In this document: piece by piece, positions 52,455 through 62,170 of the stretch
Numbering within the stretch: the first letter of the stretch is position 1
How the letters are laid out: every line of letters begins with the position of its first letter
DNA from: Dehalococcoidia bacterium
Lineage (GTDB): Bacteria > Chloroflexota > Dehalococcoidia > Lucifugimonadales > UBA2985
Reading direction: 5' to 3'
Length of the DNA: 64,000 nt
NCBI GenBank assembly: GCA_965247535.1
Contig: OZ252018.1
Span: 1,783,813 to 1,847,812 of the forward strand
Made by a program: the position numbers and the translations under genes
Notes under the pieces: model-generated
What the model saw: the letters and a program-made list of their open reading frames with translations, nothing else
What the model was told of the DNA's origin: nothing
The model's database searches: none

Positions 52455-53054
52455 TTGAAGAATCGCTACTGCAACGCACCCGCGCTGGCGGTCATTGCCG
52501 CCGCAATGGCCCTGGGCCTGTTCTCAATCTTCCACATTGCCCGGCCCCTCACGTCCCACGCCCAAGCCAACCCCACTTACGTCTCCATCCACACTGTCCA
52601 GACCGCCGTGCATGAGGGCGGGCTGGCGACCTTCACGCTAAAGCGCACCGGCGGCAGCTATAACAACTCCCTCACCGTCCGGGTGAAGACCTGGGAGACG
52701 AACCACCTGCTCCCCAACAACGCCACCGAACAGTTTCACGACGTCACCTTTCCCGCCCGCGACAAGGTGGCCACCCTTGAAGTCCTGGTCTACAAGGACC
52801 AATTGGTGGACGCCGGCGCCCCCGAACTCAAAGCCCAGGTACAAGCCCCCAAGCGACAGCAGCTACACCGTCGGCACCCCGGATACGGCCGCAGTGGGTG
52901 TCATCCACGTCGCCTATCCTCTCCCCGCCGGCGTGACCAACATTGGGATCACAGTGTACGACCCGCAAATCGACGAGGGCACTTCCGTAACCTTCACGGT
53001 GACCCGCTCAGGCGTGACCACCCAACCCGTCACCGTAGACCTGAAGGTGGATGA
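52455..53054 (+). CDS. giant gene fragment 1 (signal peptide + WEPN-type domain); real coding about 52455-52848
   Basis: MKNRYCNAPALAVIAAAMALGLFSIF..HAQA, then VHEGGLATFTLKRTGG..VKTWETNH. The tail after the C5 run (52846-52850) is out-of-frame junk. Confidence 0.6.
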   Translation: MKNRYCNAPALAVIAAAMALGLFSIFHIARPLTSHAQANPTYVSIHTVQTAVHEGGLATFTLKRTGGSYNNSLTVRVKTWETNHLLPNNATEQFHDVTFPARDKVATLEVLVYKDQLVDAGAPELKAQVQAPKRQQLHRRHPGYGRSGCHPRRLSSPRRRDQHWDHSVRPANRRGHFRNLHGDPLRRDHPTRHRRPEGG

Positions 53055-54063
53055 CCCCTCGGGCGTTCTCCGCGGCAACCACTGGGACCCGCCTCCGGAC
53101 CTTCCGACCCAAGTCGAATTCGGGGCCAATGAGACCTCCCATACGCTTGTGATCACAGCACCGGAAGACCAGCACGACTCTCCCAGAGATTCATTCAAAT
53201 TGACGGTCCTGCCCTCCCACGATTACGTCATCGTGGGGCTCTTGGACATAGACGCGGGTTACGAGTTGTCGCGGTCGGTAGAGGTCATAGTCAACGACAC
53301 GCCGCAGGAGCTGGAGCTGCACTTCGGCAAGGACAGCGTCAATGACGCCGACGTAAGCGAGGGCGACACCCTGGGGGTCGTCGTCAAGCGCCGCCAGCAG
53401 GACGCCGACAACGGCACGAACGCAACCTTCACCGTCAGGCTGGAGACCGACCGCGCCGGGGACGACAACATCGTGGACGACTGGACCCACGACGACGCCA
53501 CCGGACGGCTCTACAAGGACTACCCTCTCGAAATCACCGGCTCCGCCCTGGAGGTTAGCGAGACATTCACAGTCCCCGAGAACGGAGAGTCCGAAGCCGA
53601 CTGGAACTACTGGACCGCCATCAGACCCCTGGTCGACCACCAGGGAACGGCCCTGGACGCCGCCGTAGAGGCCAAGTACTGGACGGTCAAGTCCGGTTTC
53701 CGGGAGACAACGGTCGAGGCCACCGACAGCGGGGCCAGCGACGGCACGGTCCAGATGACGGCTGACCGGGCCACCGTTACCGAAGGCAGCGAGGTCGTAT
53801 ACACCGTCACCCGGCTGCAAGGCCCGATCAGCCAGGCCCTCACGGTGACGGTCAGGACCCGGGAACCCAACCGATCGCCCGGGGACGGCAGCGGCAACCC
53901 TAGCCGAAGGGACCACCTAGTGGACTTCGAGCCATGGGGAAAGCGTCGTCAAGCTCAGCGTCCACCCCTACGTGGACGGAGTGGCCGAACCAGGCACGGA
54001 CGAACTGGAAGCGTCGATCCGGCCGATCAGCAACAGCCGCTACAGCCGGGGCACTCCCTATGA
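52777..54063 (+). CDS. giant gene fragment 2; real coding about 52849-53938
   Basis: IDEGTSVTFTVTRSG..VDLKVDDPSGVLRGNHWDPPPDLPTQVEF.., further beta-sandwich domains, and TVRTREPNRS. Both the head and the tail of the ORF are out of frame. Confidence 0.6.
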   Translation: MKSWSTRTNWWTPAPPNSKPRYKPPSDSSYTVGTPDTAAVGVIHVAYPLPAGVTNIGITVYDPQIDEGTSVTFTVTRSGVTTQPVTVDLKVDDPSGVLRGNHWDPPPDLPTQVEFGANETSHTLVITAPEDQHDSPRDSFKLTVLPSHDYVIVGLLDIDAGYELSRSVEVIVNDTPQELELHFGKDSVNDADVSEGDTLGVVVKRRQQDADNGTNATFTVRLETDRAGDDNIVDDWTHDDATGRLYKDYPLEITGSALEVSETFTVPENGESEADWNYWTAIRPLVDHQGTALDAAVEAKYWTVKSGFRETTVEATDSGASDGTVQMTADRATVTEGSEVVYTVTRLQGPISQALTVTVRTREPNRSPGDGSGNPSRRDHLVDFEPWGKRRQAQRPPLRGRSGRTRHGRTGSVDPADQQQPLQPGHSL

Positions 54064-55012
54064 GGCCACGGTCGAGATAGACGACCCGCCCAGCGGCAGC
54101 GCCCTGGTCAGCCTCACCGCCACCCCGTCATCCATAGCCGAGGGGGAGAGCGCCACCTTCACCCTCACCCGCACCGGCGGCGATACGGCCCAGCCGCTGA
54201 CCGTGGACATACGCGTGGACGACCCCCAGGACTTCCTGCGCGGCAACCACTGGGACCCGGCGCCGGACATCCCCACCCAGGTGGAGTTCGCCGCCAACGC
54301 CCTCACCCAGACCTTGACTCTAACCACACCGGACGACCAGCGCGACCTCACCGACGGCGACGCCAAGGTATGGGTACTTCCCGGCGCCGGCTACCTGCTG
54401 GCCCACACCGGCTTGGAAACCTCCGCCACCGTGTCGGTGACCGACAACGACACCCCGCAGGTCCTGAGCTTGGAATGGGGTTTCCTAGATTACACAGATA
54501 GTTCCTGGGAAGAGGGCGAGAGCTGGCTTGACTGCACTCCCAGACCCTGCACATACGGTCCGGCGGAAGGGATTTTCTACTACGAGGACAACCGGACCTT
54601 CCGGTTCTTCCACAACGGGTTGGACGAGTATTTCTCGGCTCACTTCGAGGTCAGGAGACGACCCACAGACACCGGGAAGACGGCCACCTTCATCCTGAGG
54701 CTGGAACACGACCGGGGCCGGACGACTCCCCGCCACTCCGATTGGCCGGTCGACCCCGTCACGGGAAACCACTACCAGGATTTTCCCCTGACCCTGACGG
54801 GCAACCAGACCAACGTGGTGGGCAGGGTGGAAATCCTCGACAACGGGCTGGTTGACCCCAATCGCTGGGAGTACTCTGCGACGATAAGGAACATTGAGGA
54901 TGCCGGAGGCAACGCCCTCACCCCCACCGAAGAGGCGGAGTACTGGACGGTGACCAGCCCCAGGAAGCGCACCGGGCGGCCCTTCGACAGAGGACCGGTG
55001 CAGGTCGCATGA
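53972..55012 (+). CDS. giant gene fragment 3; real coding about 53939-55007
   Basis: Second copy of the super-repeat: AEGESATFTLTRTGG..VDIRVDDPQDFLRGNHWDPAPDIPTQVEF.. ..AEYWTVTSP. Confidence 0.6.
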   Translation: MDGVAEPGTDELEASIRPISNSRYSRGTPYEATVEIDDPPSGSALVSLTATPSSIAEGESATFTLTRTGGDTAQPLTVDIRVDDPQDFLRGNHWDPAPDIPTQVEFAANALTQTLTLTTPDDQRDLTDGDAKVWVLPGAGYLLAHTGLETSATVSVTDNDTPQVLSLEWGFLDYTDSSWEEGESWLDCTPRPCTYGPAEGIFYYEDNRTFRFFHNGLDEYFSAHFEVRRRPTDTGKTATFILRLEHDRGRTTPRHSDWPVDPVTGNHYQDFPLTLTGNQTNVVGRVEILDNGLVDPNRWEYSATIRNIEDAGGNALTPTEEAEYWTVTSPRKRTGRPFDRGPVQVA

Positions 55013-56748
55013 CCTCAAGCACCCCCAGCCCCGTCTCAGAAGGTCAGCAGGTCACATTCCAAATCGAGAGAGAAAGAGGCAATCCCCTCGAGCCTTTGAC
55101 CGTCCAGCTCCGCACCTGGGAGCCCAACCGCGAACAACTGGATGGCACCAATCCCACCGAGCAGATCCATGACATAGTCTTTCCTGCGGTCCCGATGACC
55201 GACAGCTTTGTCGACTACGTCACCCAGACCGCGACGGTCTCCGTCACCGCCGAGGACGACTCGGTCTACGAACCGCGGAAAAGCCTCAGGGCCAAGCTCT
55301 TCCGAAAAAACGGAGGGCTCTACGATGTTTACTCTGGTCTACACCCTCCAACCGCTCATAACAGAGAAATATCCATCATTGACGACGACCAGCCCACCAT
55401 CACCCTTTCGACAAACTCAACCTCTATAACCGAGGGTGAAACCCTCACCTTCACGCTGACCCGGGGCAACACCACCACAGAGAGGGTAATAGTCGGCGTC
55501 TCCGTCGACGACCCTGGCGGGTTCCTCCAGGGCGACATTCCCACCGACGTCGTTGCCGTCCCTTCCAGCATCGTCTTCGAGCCCGGAGACGTCACCAAGA
55601 CCGTCGACCTGACGCCGCCCGACAATGCTCGGGACATACCGGACAGCACCCTGACGTTCACGGTGGCGGCGGAACCGGACTACGGGATTCTGGGGTCACC
55701 CTCGGCCACCGTGGCGGTCGCGGACAACGACACGGCCCCCCAGGTCCAGATCAGCTTCAACCAGGCAGAGGTGGATGAGGGCAATGACCTCATCCTCACC
55801 ATCACACGCACAGGCGAGCTCAAGAATGACCTGGACGTGCACGTCACCGCCGGGCCAGTGGGCAAACAGGAACACATCTACGCCGGCATTGACCCCGGCC
55901 AGTCCGAGATACCCCTCCGTTTCCACAGGGTGGACAACAACCGGAAGACCCCCGACGTGCAATACGAGGCCACACTGCACCCGGAGCCACCCGAATTCTG
56001 GATAACAACGGGGCCGACCACCATCAACGCCACCTTCGTGGACGACGATCCCTACAACGTCGGAGTCGAAATCCTCACACCCGTCGTGAACGAAGGACAG
56101 GCAATGCCGTTCAGGCTGCTCCGCGACGGGCACACCAGCGAGAACCTGACGATCAACGTGCGCCAGTCCGAGGACGGCAACGCCGTCGGGGACACGTTGC
56201 TGGGAGACCGCATCTGGTCCATCTACCGGAATTCATCCTACAACAACCTCCTGCTCTTCTCCGAAGCCCGGGACGGCAACGACGGCGACGCAACTTTCAC
56301 CATCGAGATCCTGCCGGGCGACGGCTACGCCATTGACCCGGCCCACGCCGCCGCAACGGTCGTCGTGCGGGACAGGGACCCCCTGCCGGTGCTGGGATTC
56401 CGGGACGTGGGCGCCACGGGAAGCGAGGGCGACGCCACCATAGACTTCTGGGTGGACTGCTCAGCCCGCTGCCGTCCCTCCGGACGGTGTCCGTGGACTA
56501 CGAGGTTCGGGAGTCGGACACCCTGGACGGCGACGACATCGTTGACGCCACCGGGACCCTCACTTCGCCCCCGGCGAGACCAGCGCCGTCATCCAGGCCC
56601 AGGTGCTGCAGGACCTGATCGTCGAGACCAACGAAACCTTCACCGTAATACTGACCAACCCCGTCCATGCAAGGCTCCAGGACCGGCAGGCGTCCCTGAC
56701 GGCCCGGGGGGATCGTCGAAGACGACGAGCCCAGGGTCACCGTCGTAG
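55009..56748 (+). CDS. giant gene fragment 4; real coding 55009 to about 56455
   Basis: Third super-repeat copy: VSEGQQVTFQIERERG..LRTWEPNREQ..VDDPGGFLQGDIP.. The ATGA junction at 55009 interrupts a conserved domain (GPVQV-MTSSTPSPVSEG versus GTVQMTADRATVTEG). Confidence 0.6.
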   Translation: MTSSTPSPVSEGQQVTFQIERERGNPLEPLTVQLRTWEPNREQLDGTNPTEQIHDIVFPAVPMTDSFVDYVTQTATVSVTAEDDSVYEPRKSLRAKLFRKNGGLYDVYSGLHPPTAHNREISIIDDDQPTITLSTNSTSITEGETLTFTLTRGNTTTERVIVGVSVDDPGGFLQGDIPTDVVAVPSSIVFEPGDVTKTVDLTPPDNARDIPDSTLTFTVAAEPDYGILGSPSATVAVADNDTAPQVQISFNQAEVDEGNDLILTITRTGELKNDLDVHVTAGPVGKQEHIYAGIDPGQSEIPLRFHRVDNNRKTPDVQYEATLHPEPPEFWITTGPTTINATFVDDDPYNVGVEILTPVVNEGQAMPFRLLRDGHTSENLTINVRQSEDGNAVGDTLLGDRIWSIYRNSSYNNLLLFSEARDGNDGDATFTIEILPGDGYAIDPAHAAATVVVRDRDPLPVLGFRDVGATGSEGDATIDFWVDCSARCRPSGRCPWTTRFGSRTPWTATTSLTPPGPSLRPRRDQRRHPGPGAAGPDRRDQRNLHRNTDQPRPCKAPGPAGVPDGPGGSSKTTSPGSPS

Positions 56749-56762
56749 CTGGGCAGACCGCG

Positions 56763-57788
56763 GTGGACGAGGGCAGCAGCATCACAATGGACCTTACCCG
56801 CACCGGCGACACCACCGGCGAACTCACGGTGTGGCTGCAGGTGCTCCAGACCGCTCCAAAGGAGCTCACCCGCCAGGATTCCGTCGTGTTCGCCGCGGGC
56901 AACGCCACGGCGCAGCACACAATAACCACCGAGAGCGACGATGCCAGCCTGGGCAACTACACCGTAACCGTCTACGTACTGAACCCGGTCACCATCGACG
57001 AACCCTCGACGTATCTGAGCGCATATCCGTCCTCCGCCACAACCACGGTCCGGGAAACCCGCGTCCCGGCGGTGAACCTGGGAGCCGGCAACCTGCGGGT
57101 CATTGAGGGAGAGGCCATAACCCTCACGCTGTCCAGGCTCGGTACCGGACGACCCCTCACAGTGAACCTGGACATTACCGAAACGGGCCAGTTCACCACC
57201 GGGACCCTGCCCACCACCGTGACCTTCGGCAGCATGGATTCCGTGGCAAACGCGACAATCACAACTGAAGACGACAGCGTCGTCGAGGACGTCGGCAAGC
57301 TCACCGTTACGTTACAGGACGGCACGGACTACCGGGCCGGTTGGCCCAACACCCACACCTTCGAAATCCACGACAATGACGGCGTCAAGCCTCTGGTGTC
57401 CGTCAGCGGCGACCAGGACTGGGTGAACGAAGGCGACCCGGTTTCGTTCACGGTGACCCACAACGGTTCCACCACCAGCAGCCTGGAAGTCAGGCTCAAG
57501 CTGACGCGGGTCAGGTACCGGGTGACTGCCGATGACCTGAACGACCCCACCCGAGGCATCACCACTCCGCCGAACCACATCCACTTCGGCGTGGAGGAGA
57601 TCACCCTCACAATCCCAGCAGGAACCAACACGCTGACCGTAACCCGCCCGACCACCGACGACAGCCTGCCACACAGCAACAGCACCTACCACCCCCTGGT
57701 CCTCAACGACCCGGACGACGAGTACGTAGCCCCCTTTAGCCAGAGTCCGACAAGGTGTGGGTCCAGGACAACGACATCCCTACGGTGA
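56763..57788 (+). CDS. giant gene fragment 5; real coding about 56712-57740
   Basis: VDEGSSITMDLTRTGDTTGELTVWLQV.. plus further TRxG-type beta-sandwich domains. The stretch 56457-56711 upstream holds a Calx-beta domain split over two more frames. Confidence 0.6.
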   Translation: MDEGSSITMDLTRTGDTTGELTVWLQVLQTAPKELTRQDSVVFAAGNATAQHTITTESDDASLGNYTVTVYVLNPVTIDEPSTYLSAYPSSATTTVRETRVPAVNLGAGNLRVIEGEAITLTLSRLGTGRPLTVNLDITETGQFTTGTLPTTVTFGSMDSVANATITTEDDSVVEDVGKLTVTLQDGTDYRAGWPNTHTFEIHDNDGVKPLVSVSGDQDWVNEGDPVSFTVTHNGSTTSSLEVRLKLTRVRYRVTADDLNDPTRGITTPPNHIHFGVEEITLTIPAGTNTLTVTRPTTDDSLPHSNSTYHPLVLNDPDDEYVAPFSQSPTRCGSRTTTSLR

Positions 57789-59446
57789 CCGGGTTGGACA
57801 CCCTCAGCGAGCACTACGGGGGTCCCGACCCCGTCCTGCTGCCCTTCACCCGCACTGGTGACACTTCCGGCCTCCTGGAGCTCGTGTCGAACACCGAACA
57901 AGTTTCATACCGGCCCCGTCCGCTCCGCGACGTGGAAAAGAACTATTACAACGTTAAGCGTGGGGGCTTTTCACCAGGGGCATCCAGCGGCGTCCAAATA
58001 GGAACCTTTAGACCGAAAGCCCTGGGCGACGGCGGGAGCATGGAGATACTGCCCTACCACTGCCCGGACGATCCCGAGGCCTGCGGATACTACCCTCAGT
58101 ACCAACTGGGCACTCCCGCCACCATCACGTTCCGGGTATACAGCAACACCATGGGGGTCCGCGTCGCAGCGGACCAGACCACTGTGGAGGAGGGAACCGC
58201 CGCGACCTTCACCTTCCACCGCCACGGGGGCAAGTCCGACTCACTGACCAGGCCGCTCCACGTGATGGTCCAGGTAACCCAGGACGGCGACTACATCTCC
58301 GGCGCTGCCCCGCAGACAGTGACCTTTGCCGGGGGCGAGGCCACCGCTACTCTCACCCCTCCCCACGCTGGACGATGCCATCGACGAGGCCGACGGCTCC
58401 ATCACCGTCGAGATCCTGAGAGCCCCCGTCCATACCCAGGGGCCAACCGAAACGGTCGACGACCAGTACGGCTACAGGCACTACGACTACCCAGGCTCCC
58501 GGTGGGAAGATTACACCGCCACCACCGGCGTCACCGACAACGAACTGCCCGCCATATCGGTGGAAGACGCCAGCGCCTACGAGAACGGGGGCACCATCGA
58601 GTTCTCGGTGTCCCTGGAGCGTCCCAACACCGAGAACGCCTCCTCAGTGGACTGGGCCACATCCGACGACGGCTCGACAGCCGCCGCCACCAGCGGCGTG
58701 GACTACACCGCCGCCAGCGGTACCCTGAATTTCGCCATCGGGGAAACGGAAAAGACGGTCACCGTAACCCTGCTGGACGACGAACTGGACGAGGACGACG
58801 AGACCTTCAACCTGGTCCTCAGCAACCCATCGGAGTTAACGCTGGGAGACGATACCGGCACCGGCGCCATCAAGGACAACGATCTGGCCTTCGGAGTGGT
58901 CTTCTGGGCCCCCGCCATCATCCACTACGAGGAAGGCGACACCGTGAGAGTGCCGTTCCGGTGCCTGGTGCCCCTGGACCCGGACGGGGTCGTCACCACC
59001 GAGGACGACTGCTTTTATGCGGGGGGAACCGAGTGCTTCCATCCAGATATCAACCCCGACCCCGGAATCGGTCCTCTCACCGTCAACCTGGAAATCACCC
59101 AGGAAGGGGACTTCATCTTCGGGGCCATACCGAATTCAGTTACTTCCCCGGCCGGAGAAGGCAGAACGTTCCTAGAGCTGACCACGGTGGACGACAGCAC
59201 GGTGGAGGCCGACGGCGCGGTCATTGTCCGGATACTCCAGGGCTCAGGTTACGCACCCCTTCTTCTCGGGTCCATCGGCGGCCGGCCCACAACCAACCCC
59301 ATCCGGACTCACAATGTTTACGACAACGACCTGACCTTCTCCATCGACGACGCCCAGGCCGGCGAGTCCGCCGGACAGTTGGATTTCACGGTGAGCCTGA
59401 ACGTCCCCGCCACCAAACAGGTGACAATAGACGCGGCCACCGTTGA
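57755..59446 (+). CDS. giant gene fragment 6; real coding about 57743-58362 only
   Basis: VWVQDNDIPTVTGLD..FTRTGDTSG..VEEGTAATFTFHRHGG.. After 58362 this ORF is Arg-rich out-of-frame sequence overlapping fragment 7. Confidence 0.5.
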   Translation: MWVQDNDIPTVTGLDTLSEHYGGPDPVLLPFTRTGDTSGLLELVSNTEQVSYRPRPLRDVEKNYYNVKRGGFSPGASSGVQIGTFRPKALGDGGSMEILPYHCPDDPEACGYYPQYQLGTPATITFRVYSNTMGVRVAADQTTVEEGTAATFTFHRHGGKSDSLTRPLHVMVQVTQDGDYISGAAPQTVTFAGGEATATLTPPHAGRCHRRGRRLHHRRDPESPRPYPGANRNGRRPVRLQALRLPRLPVGRLHRHHRRHRQRTARHIGGRRQRLRERGHHRVLGVPGASQHRERLLSGLGHIRRRLDSRRHQRRGLHRRQRYPEFRHRGNGKDGHRNPAGRRTGRGRRDLQPGPQQPIGVNAGRRYRHRRHQGQRSGLRSGLLGPRHHPLRGRRHRESAVPVPGAPGPGRGRHHRGRLLLCGGNRVLPSRYQPRPRNRSSHRQPGNHPGRGLHLRGHTEFSYFPGRRRQNVPRADHGGRQHGGGRRRGHCPDTPGLRLRTPSSRVHRRPAHNQPHPDSQCLRQRPDLLHRRRPGRRVRRTVGFHGEPERPRHQTGDNRRGHR

Positions 59447-61637
59447 CGGCGACGCCACGTCCCACGCCTACGTGACCGCCACCAGCCTGGGCAAGGACTT
59501 CGATGCCAGGACCGAAACGATCAACTTCGAGGTTGGGGAGCAGCAGAAGACCTTCTCGGTGATTCTGGAGAATGACCGAATCCATGATAGGGACGAGACC
59601 TTCACAGTCCAGCTCAGCAACCCCTCCCAGTACACCACCCTGGCGGATGACACTGCCGTGGGGACCATCCAGGATGACGAAGCAGCGATGGTCGCCAGTG
59701 TCAGCCGCACCTACTCCATAGTCAACGAGAACCAAGCCGGCCCGGTCAGGTTCAACGTCGAGCTGGCCCACGCGAATACCATCGCCAGCGAGCGGAACCC
59801 GGCAGTGGCCTGGCAGGTCGTCGCCGGAACCGCCACAGAGGGCCTGGACTACCAAGAGACCGGAGGCAAGGTCACATTCCCCTTGGGAACCACCAGCGGA
59901 ATTATCGAGGTCAACCTGGTTGACGACAACCTGCTCGAGCAGGAACTGGAAACCTTTACCGTCAAACTGATAGCGACCGGCACCCGGCTGGTCGAAATCT
60001 CTCCCGCGGGCAACTCTTTCGAGACCAGCATCAGGGACAACGAATCACTGATCGCGGCCATCGTCGCCAACGCGGAATCAGTGGCGGAGGGCGACGAAAC
60101 GACCTTCACCGTGACCCTGAACGGCGCCGTCACCGAGGAGCCGGTGAGCGTGGAATTCGAGGCAGCAGGGACAGCCTCCGCAGCCCTCGACTACGGCACG
60201 CCCACCGGAAACCTGGAGTTCCCGCCGGGCAACATCACAGGCAATGAGGGAACGCTCCTGATACCGGCCGGACAGTATCAGGGAACCATCACATACCCGA
60301 TACGGACCGACTCCGTCCAGGACGGAGACGAAACCCTTGAGGTGGGCCTGTTCGCCGTCACCTCCGGGGCGAGGAGCCTTTCAATCTCCCAGACACAGTC
60401 GGAGGCCACCACAACGATCCTCGACCAGGACTCGTTGACGGTATCCATTGAGGGATCTCCCTCAGTGCTAGAGGGCGGGGTAGCTACCTTCACCATCAGA
60501 ATGTCCACAACCGACGACGAAGCCGTGTCCGTGGGATGGTCGACCAGGCAGGCCGGGGATACCCGGGGCCCGGAGGAGACCGCAACGCCGGGCATGGACT
60601 TCACGGCGCAGTCCGGCACAGTCGCAATCCCCACGGGAAGCACCAGTGCAACCTTCACCGTCCAAACCACCCAGGACACCCTCGTGGAGGGGGATGAGAC
60701 ATTCCTGGTGGAGTTGGATGAGGCAATGTTCGCCAGCACCAATCCGCCTGAAATGATCCCGCTTGGAGTGACCAGCACCCACGGTACCATCGTGGACAAC
60801 GACACCGCGCCAACGGGGCTCACCATCACAGTGGATCCCAACAACGTCGCGGAGGACGCGGGAGCCACCGACCTCAGCGTCACGGTGGCACTGGACGGGA
60901 CGACCCAGTTCCCCACGGACACCCCTGTGACCGTGGAAATGGTCAACCGTCCCGGTGTTGCCAACAACGCGGAACTGGGGGTGGACTACACCGCCACCAC
61001 CTCCAGCACGGTGATACCTGCCGGCGATTCCAGCGTTACCACGACCGTCACCATCACCCCGGTAGACGATACTTACTCCGAGGCAACCGAGATAGCCCGG
61101 CTTTCCGCCAAGTCCCTGGCGCTGGCGGTATCAGCAGCCACCAGGGTGAATATCACCGACAACGATGTGGAACCCATCGAGGTGTCCCTCGCGGTGTCCC
61201 CGGACACTATCAATGAATCGGCCACCAGCGTATCCCTGTCTGTTACGGCAACCCTCGTCGGCCAGTCGTCCCGGCAGATTGACACCGTGGTCAGCTTGGA
61301 ACTGACGGCAGGTACCGCGGTCCTGGGAGACGACTTCCAAGCCGCCACGGGGACACTCACCATCCCCGCCGGGCAGACGTCCGCCGCCGGTACTTTAATC
61401 CTCACCGTACTGGACGACAACATCGCCGAGGGCAGCGAGACCCTGAAGGTCGCAGGCGAGGCGCCGGGAAGCATCCAGGTGACTCCTGTGGCGGTGACCA
61501 TTCTGGACAATGACACGGAGCCGAACGGGATAGGGCTTTCAGCAATCACCGGCGCCCTGGATGAGGCGGGGGCGCCGTCACCATCCCGGTGCAGGCAACA
61601 CTGCTGGGAGGCGGGACCCGGAGCTAGGATACGCTGA
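58326..61637 (+). CDS. giant gene fragment 7: about 8 canonical Calx-beta domains; real coding about 58363-61570
   Basis: Repeated signatures such as SVEDASAYENGGTIEFSVSLERP..VDWATSDDGSTAAATSGVDYTAASGTLNFAIGETEKTVTVTLLDDELDEDDETFNLVLSNP. Confidence 0.7.
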   Translation: MPGARPPLLSPLPTLDDAIDEADGSITVEILRAPVHTQGPTETVDDQYGYRHYDYPGSRWEDYTATTGVTDNELPAISVEDASAYENGGTIEFSVSLERPNTENASSVDWATSDDGSTAAATSGVDYTAASGTLNFAIGETEKTVTVTLLDDELDEDDETFNLVLSNPSELTLGDDTGTGAIKDNDLAFGVVFWAPAIIHYEEGDTVRVPFRCLVPLDPDGVVTTEDDCFYAGGTECFHPDINPDPGIGPLTVNLEITQEGDFIFGAIPNSVTSPAGEGRTFLELTTVDDSTVEADGAVIVRILQGSGYAPLLLGSIGGRPTTNPIRTHNVYDNDLTFSIDDAQAGESAGQLDFTVSLNVPATKQVTIDAATVDGDATSHAYVTATSLGKDFDARTETINFEVGEQQKTFSVILENDRIHDRDETFTVQLSNPSQYTTLADDTAVGTIQDDEAAMVASVSRTYSIVNENQAGPVRFNVELAHANTIASERNPAVAWQVVAGTATEGLDYQETGGKVTFPLGTTSGIIEVNLVDDNLLEQELETFTVKLIATGTRLVEISPAGNSFETSIRDNESLIAAIVANAESVAEGDETTFTVTLNGAVTEEPVSVEFEAAGTASAALDYGTPTGNLEFPPGNITGNEGTLLIPAGQYQGTITYPIRTDSVQDGDETLEVGLFAVTSGARSLSISQTQSEATTTILDQDSLTVSIEGSPSVLEGGVATFTIRMSTTDDEAVSVGWSTRQAGDTRGPEETATPGMDFTAQSGTVAIPTGSTSATFTVQTTQDTLVEGDETFLVELDEAMFASTNPPEMIPLGVTSTHGTIVDNDTAPTGLTITVDPNNVAEDAGATDLSVTVALDGTTQFPTDTPVTVEMVNRPGVANNAELGVDYTATTSSTVIPAGDSSVTTTVTITPVDDTYSEATEIARLSAKSLALAVSAATRVNITDNDVEPIEVSLAVSPDTINESATSVSLSVTATLVGQSSRQIDTVVSLELTAGTAVLGDDFQAATGTLTIPAGQTSAAGTLILTVLDDNIAEGSETLKVAGEAPGSIQVTPVAVTILDNDTEPNGIGLSAITGALDEAGAPSPSRCRQHCWEAGPGARIR

Positions 61638-61708
61638 TAGCGCTAAGCGTCGCGGGCATCACGGCGACGGCTACCGACGACTACACGGCGTCCTGGAACC
61701 CCGCGGTC

Positions 61709-62170
61709 TTGACCATACCCGCGGGCGATTTCGATGCCACCGCGACCCTGACCCTGATCCTGGTTGACGACACCATTCACGAGGACCCGGAGCAACTGGC
61801 CGTGCGCGGCGACAACTCCGACCCCGGACTGCCGTTGAATGGGGTCCGGCTCATCATAGTGGACAATGACCCCGCACCAACGGCAGTCATCCTCTCGCTG
61901 AGCGACGACACCCTGCCGGAGTCCGGCAACCACCTGCCGGACATCTACGCGACCCTCGTTGGGGACAGCACGCTGACCTACGATATCGAGATCAGCATCA
62001 CCATTGGGAACTCAGCCCTCCGGGCCCAACCGTACGGCGGAGGACTGCTGGCCCCGTTGACCATAGCCGCAGAGGAGTCCACTGGCGAATCATTCATGTC
62101 CCTGAGAGATACCGATGACGATGTTGAGGATGCAGACGAAACCATAGAAATCCACGGCACCACCAACTAA
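61709..62170 (+). CDS. giant gene fragment 8 (Calx-beta domains); same frame continues upstream to about 61571 across TAG 61625
   Basis: LTIPAGDFDATATLTLILVDDTIHEDPEQLAVRG.. ..DVEDADETIEIHGTTN, then TAA. Confidence 0.6.
   Translation: MTIPAGDFDATATLTLILVDDTIHEDPEQLAVRGDNSDPGLPLNGVRLIIVDNDPAPTAVILSLSDDTLPESGNHLPDIYATLVGDSTLTYDIEISITIGNSALRAQPYGGGLLAPLTIAAEESTGESFMSLRDTDDDVEDADETIEIHGTTN

Noticed and set aside
58363-59446. C-terminal ~360 aa of ORF 57755..59446 (HAGRCHRRGRRLHHRR...)
   Set aside because: This is an out-of-frame reading of the Calx-beta array, which is correctly read in frame 0 (ORF 58326..61637). The composition is Arg/Gly/His-rich junk.
50499-62170. Stop-codon reassignment or programmed recoding as an explanation for the in-frame stops (TAG 50499, TAG 61625, TAA 62168, TGA 43222)
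   Set aside because: All three stop codons are involved. The residues they replace differ (Leu-like, Ile/Gln-like, a domain linker, Trp). Intact genes in the window terminate normally with TAG, TAA and TGA. I saw no SECIS- or PYLIS-like context.
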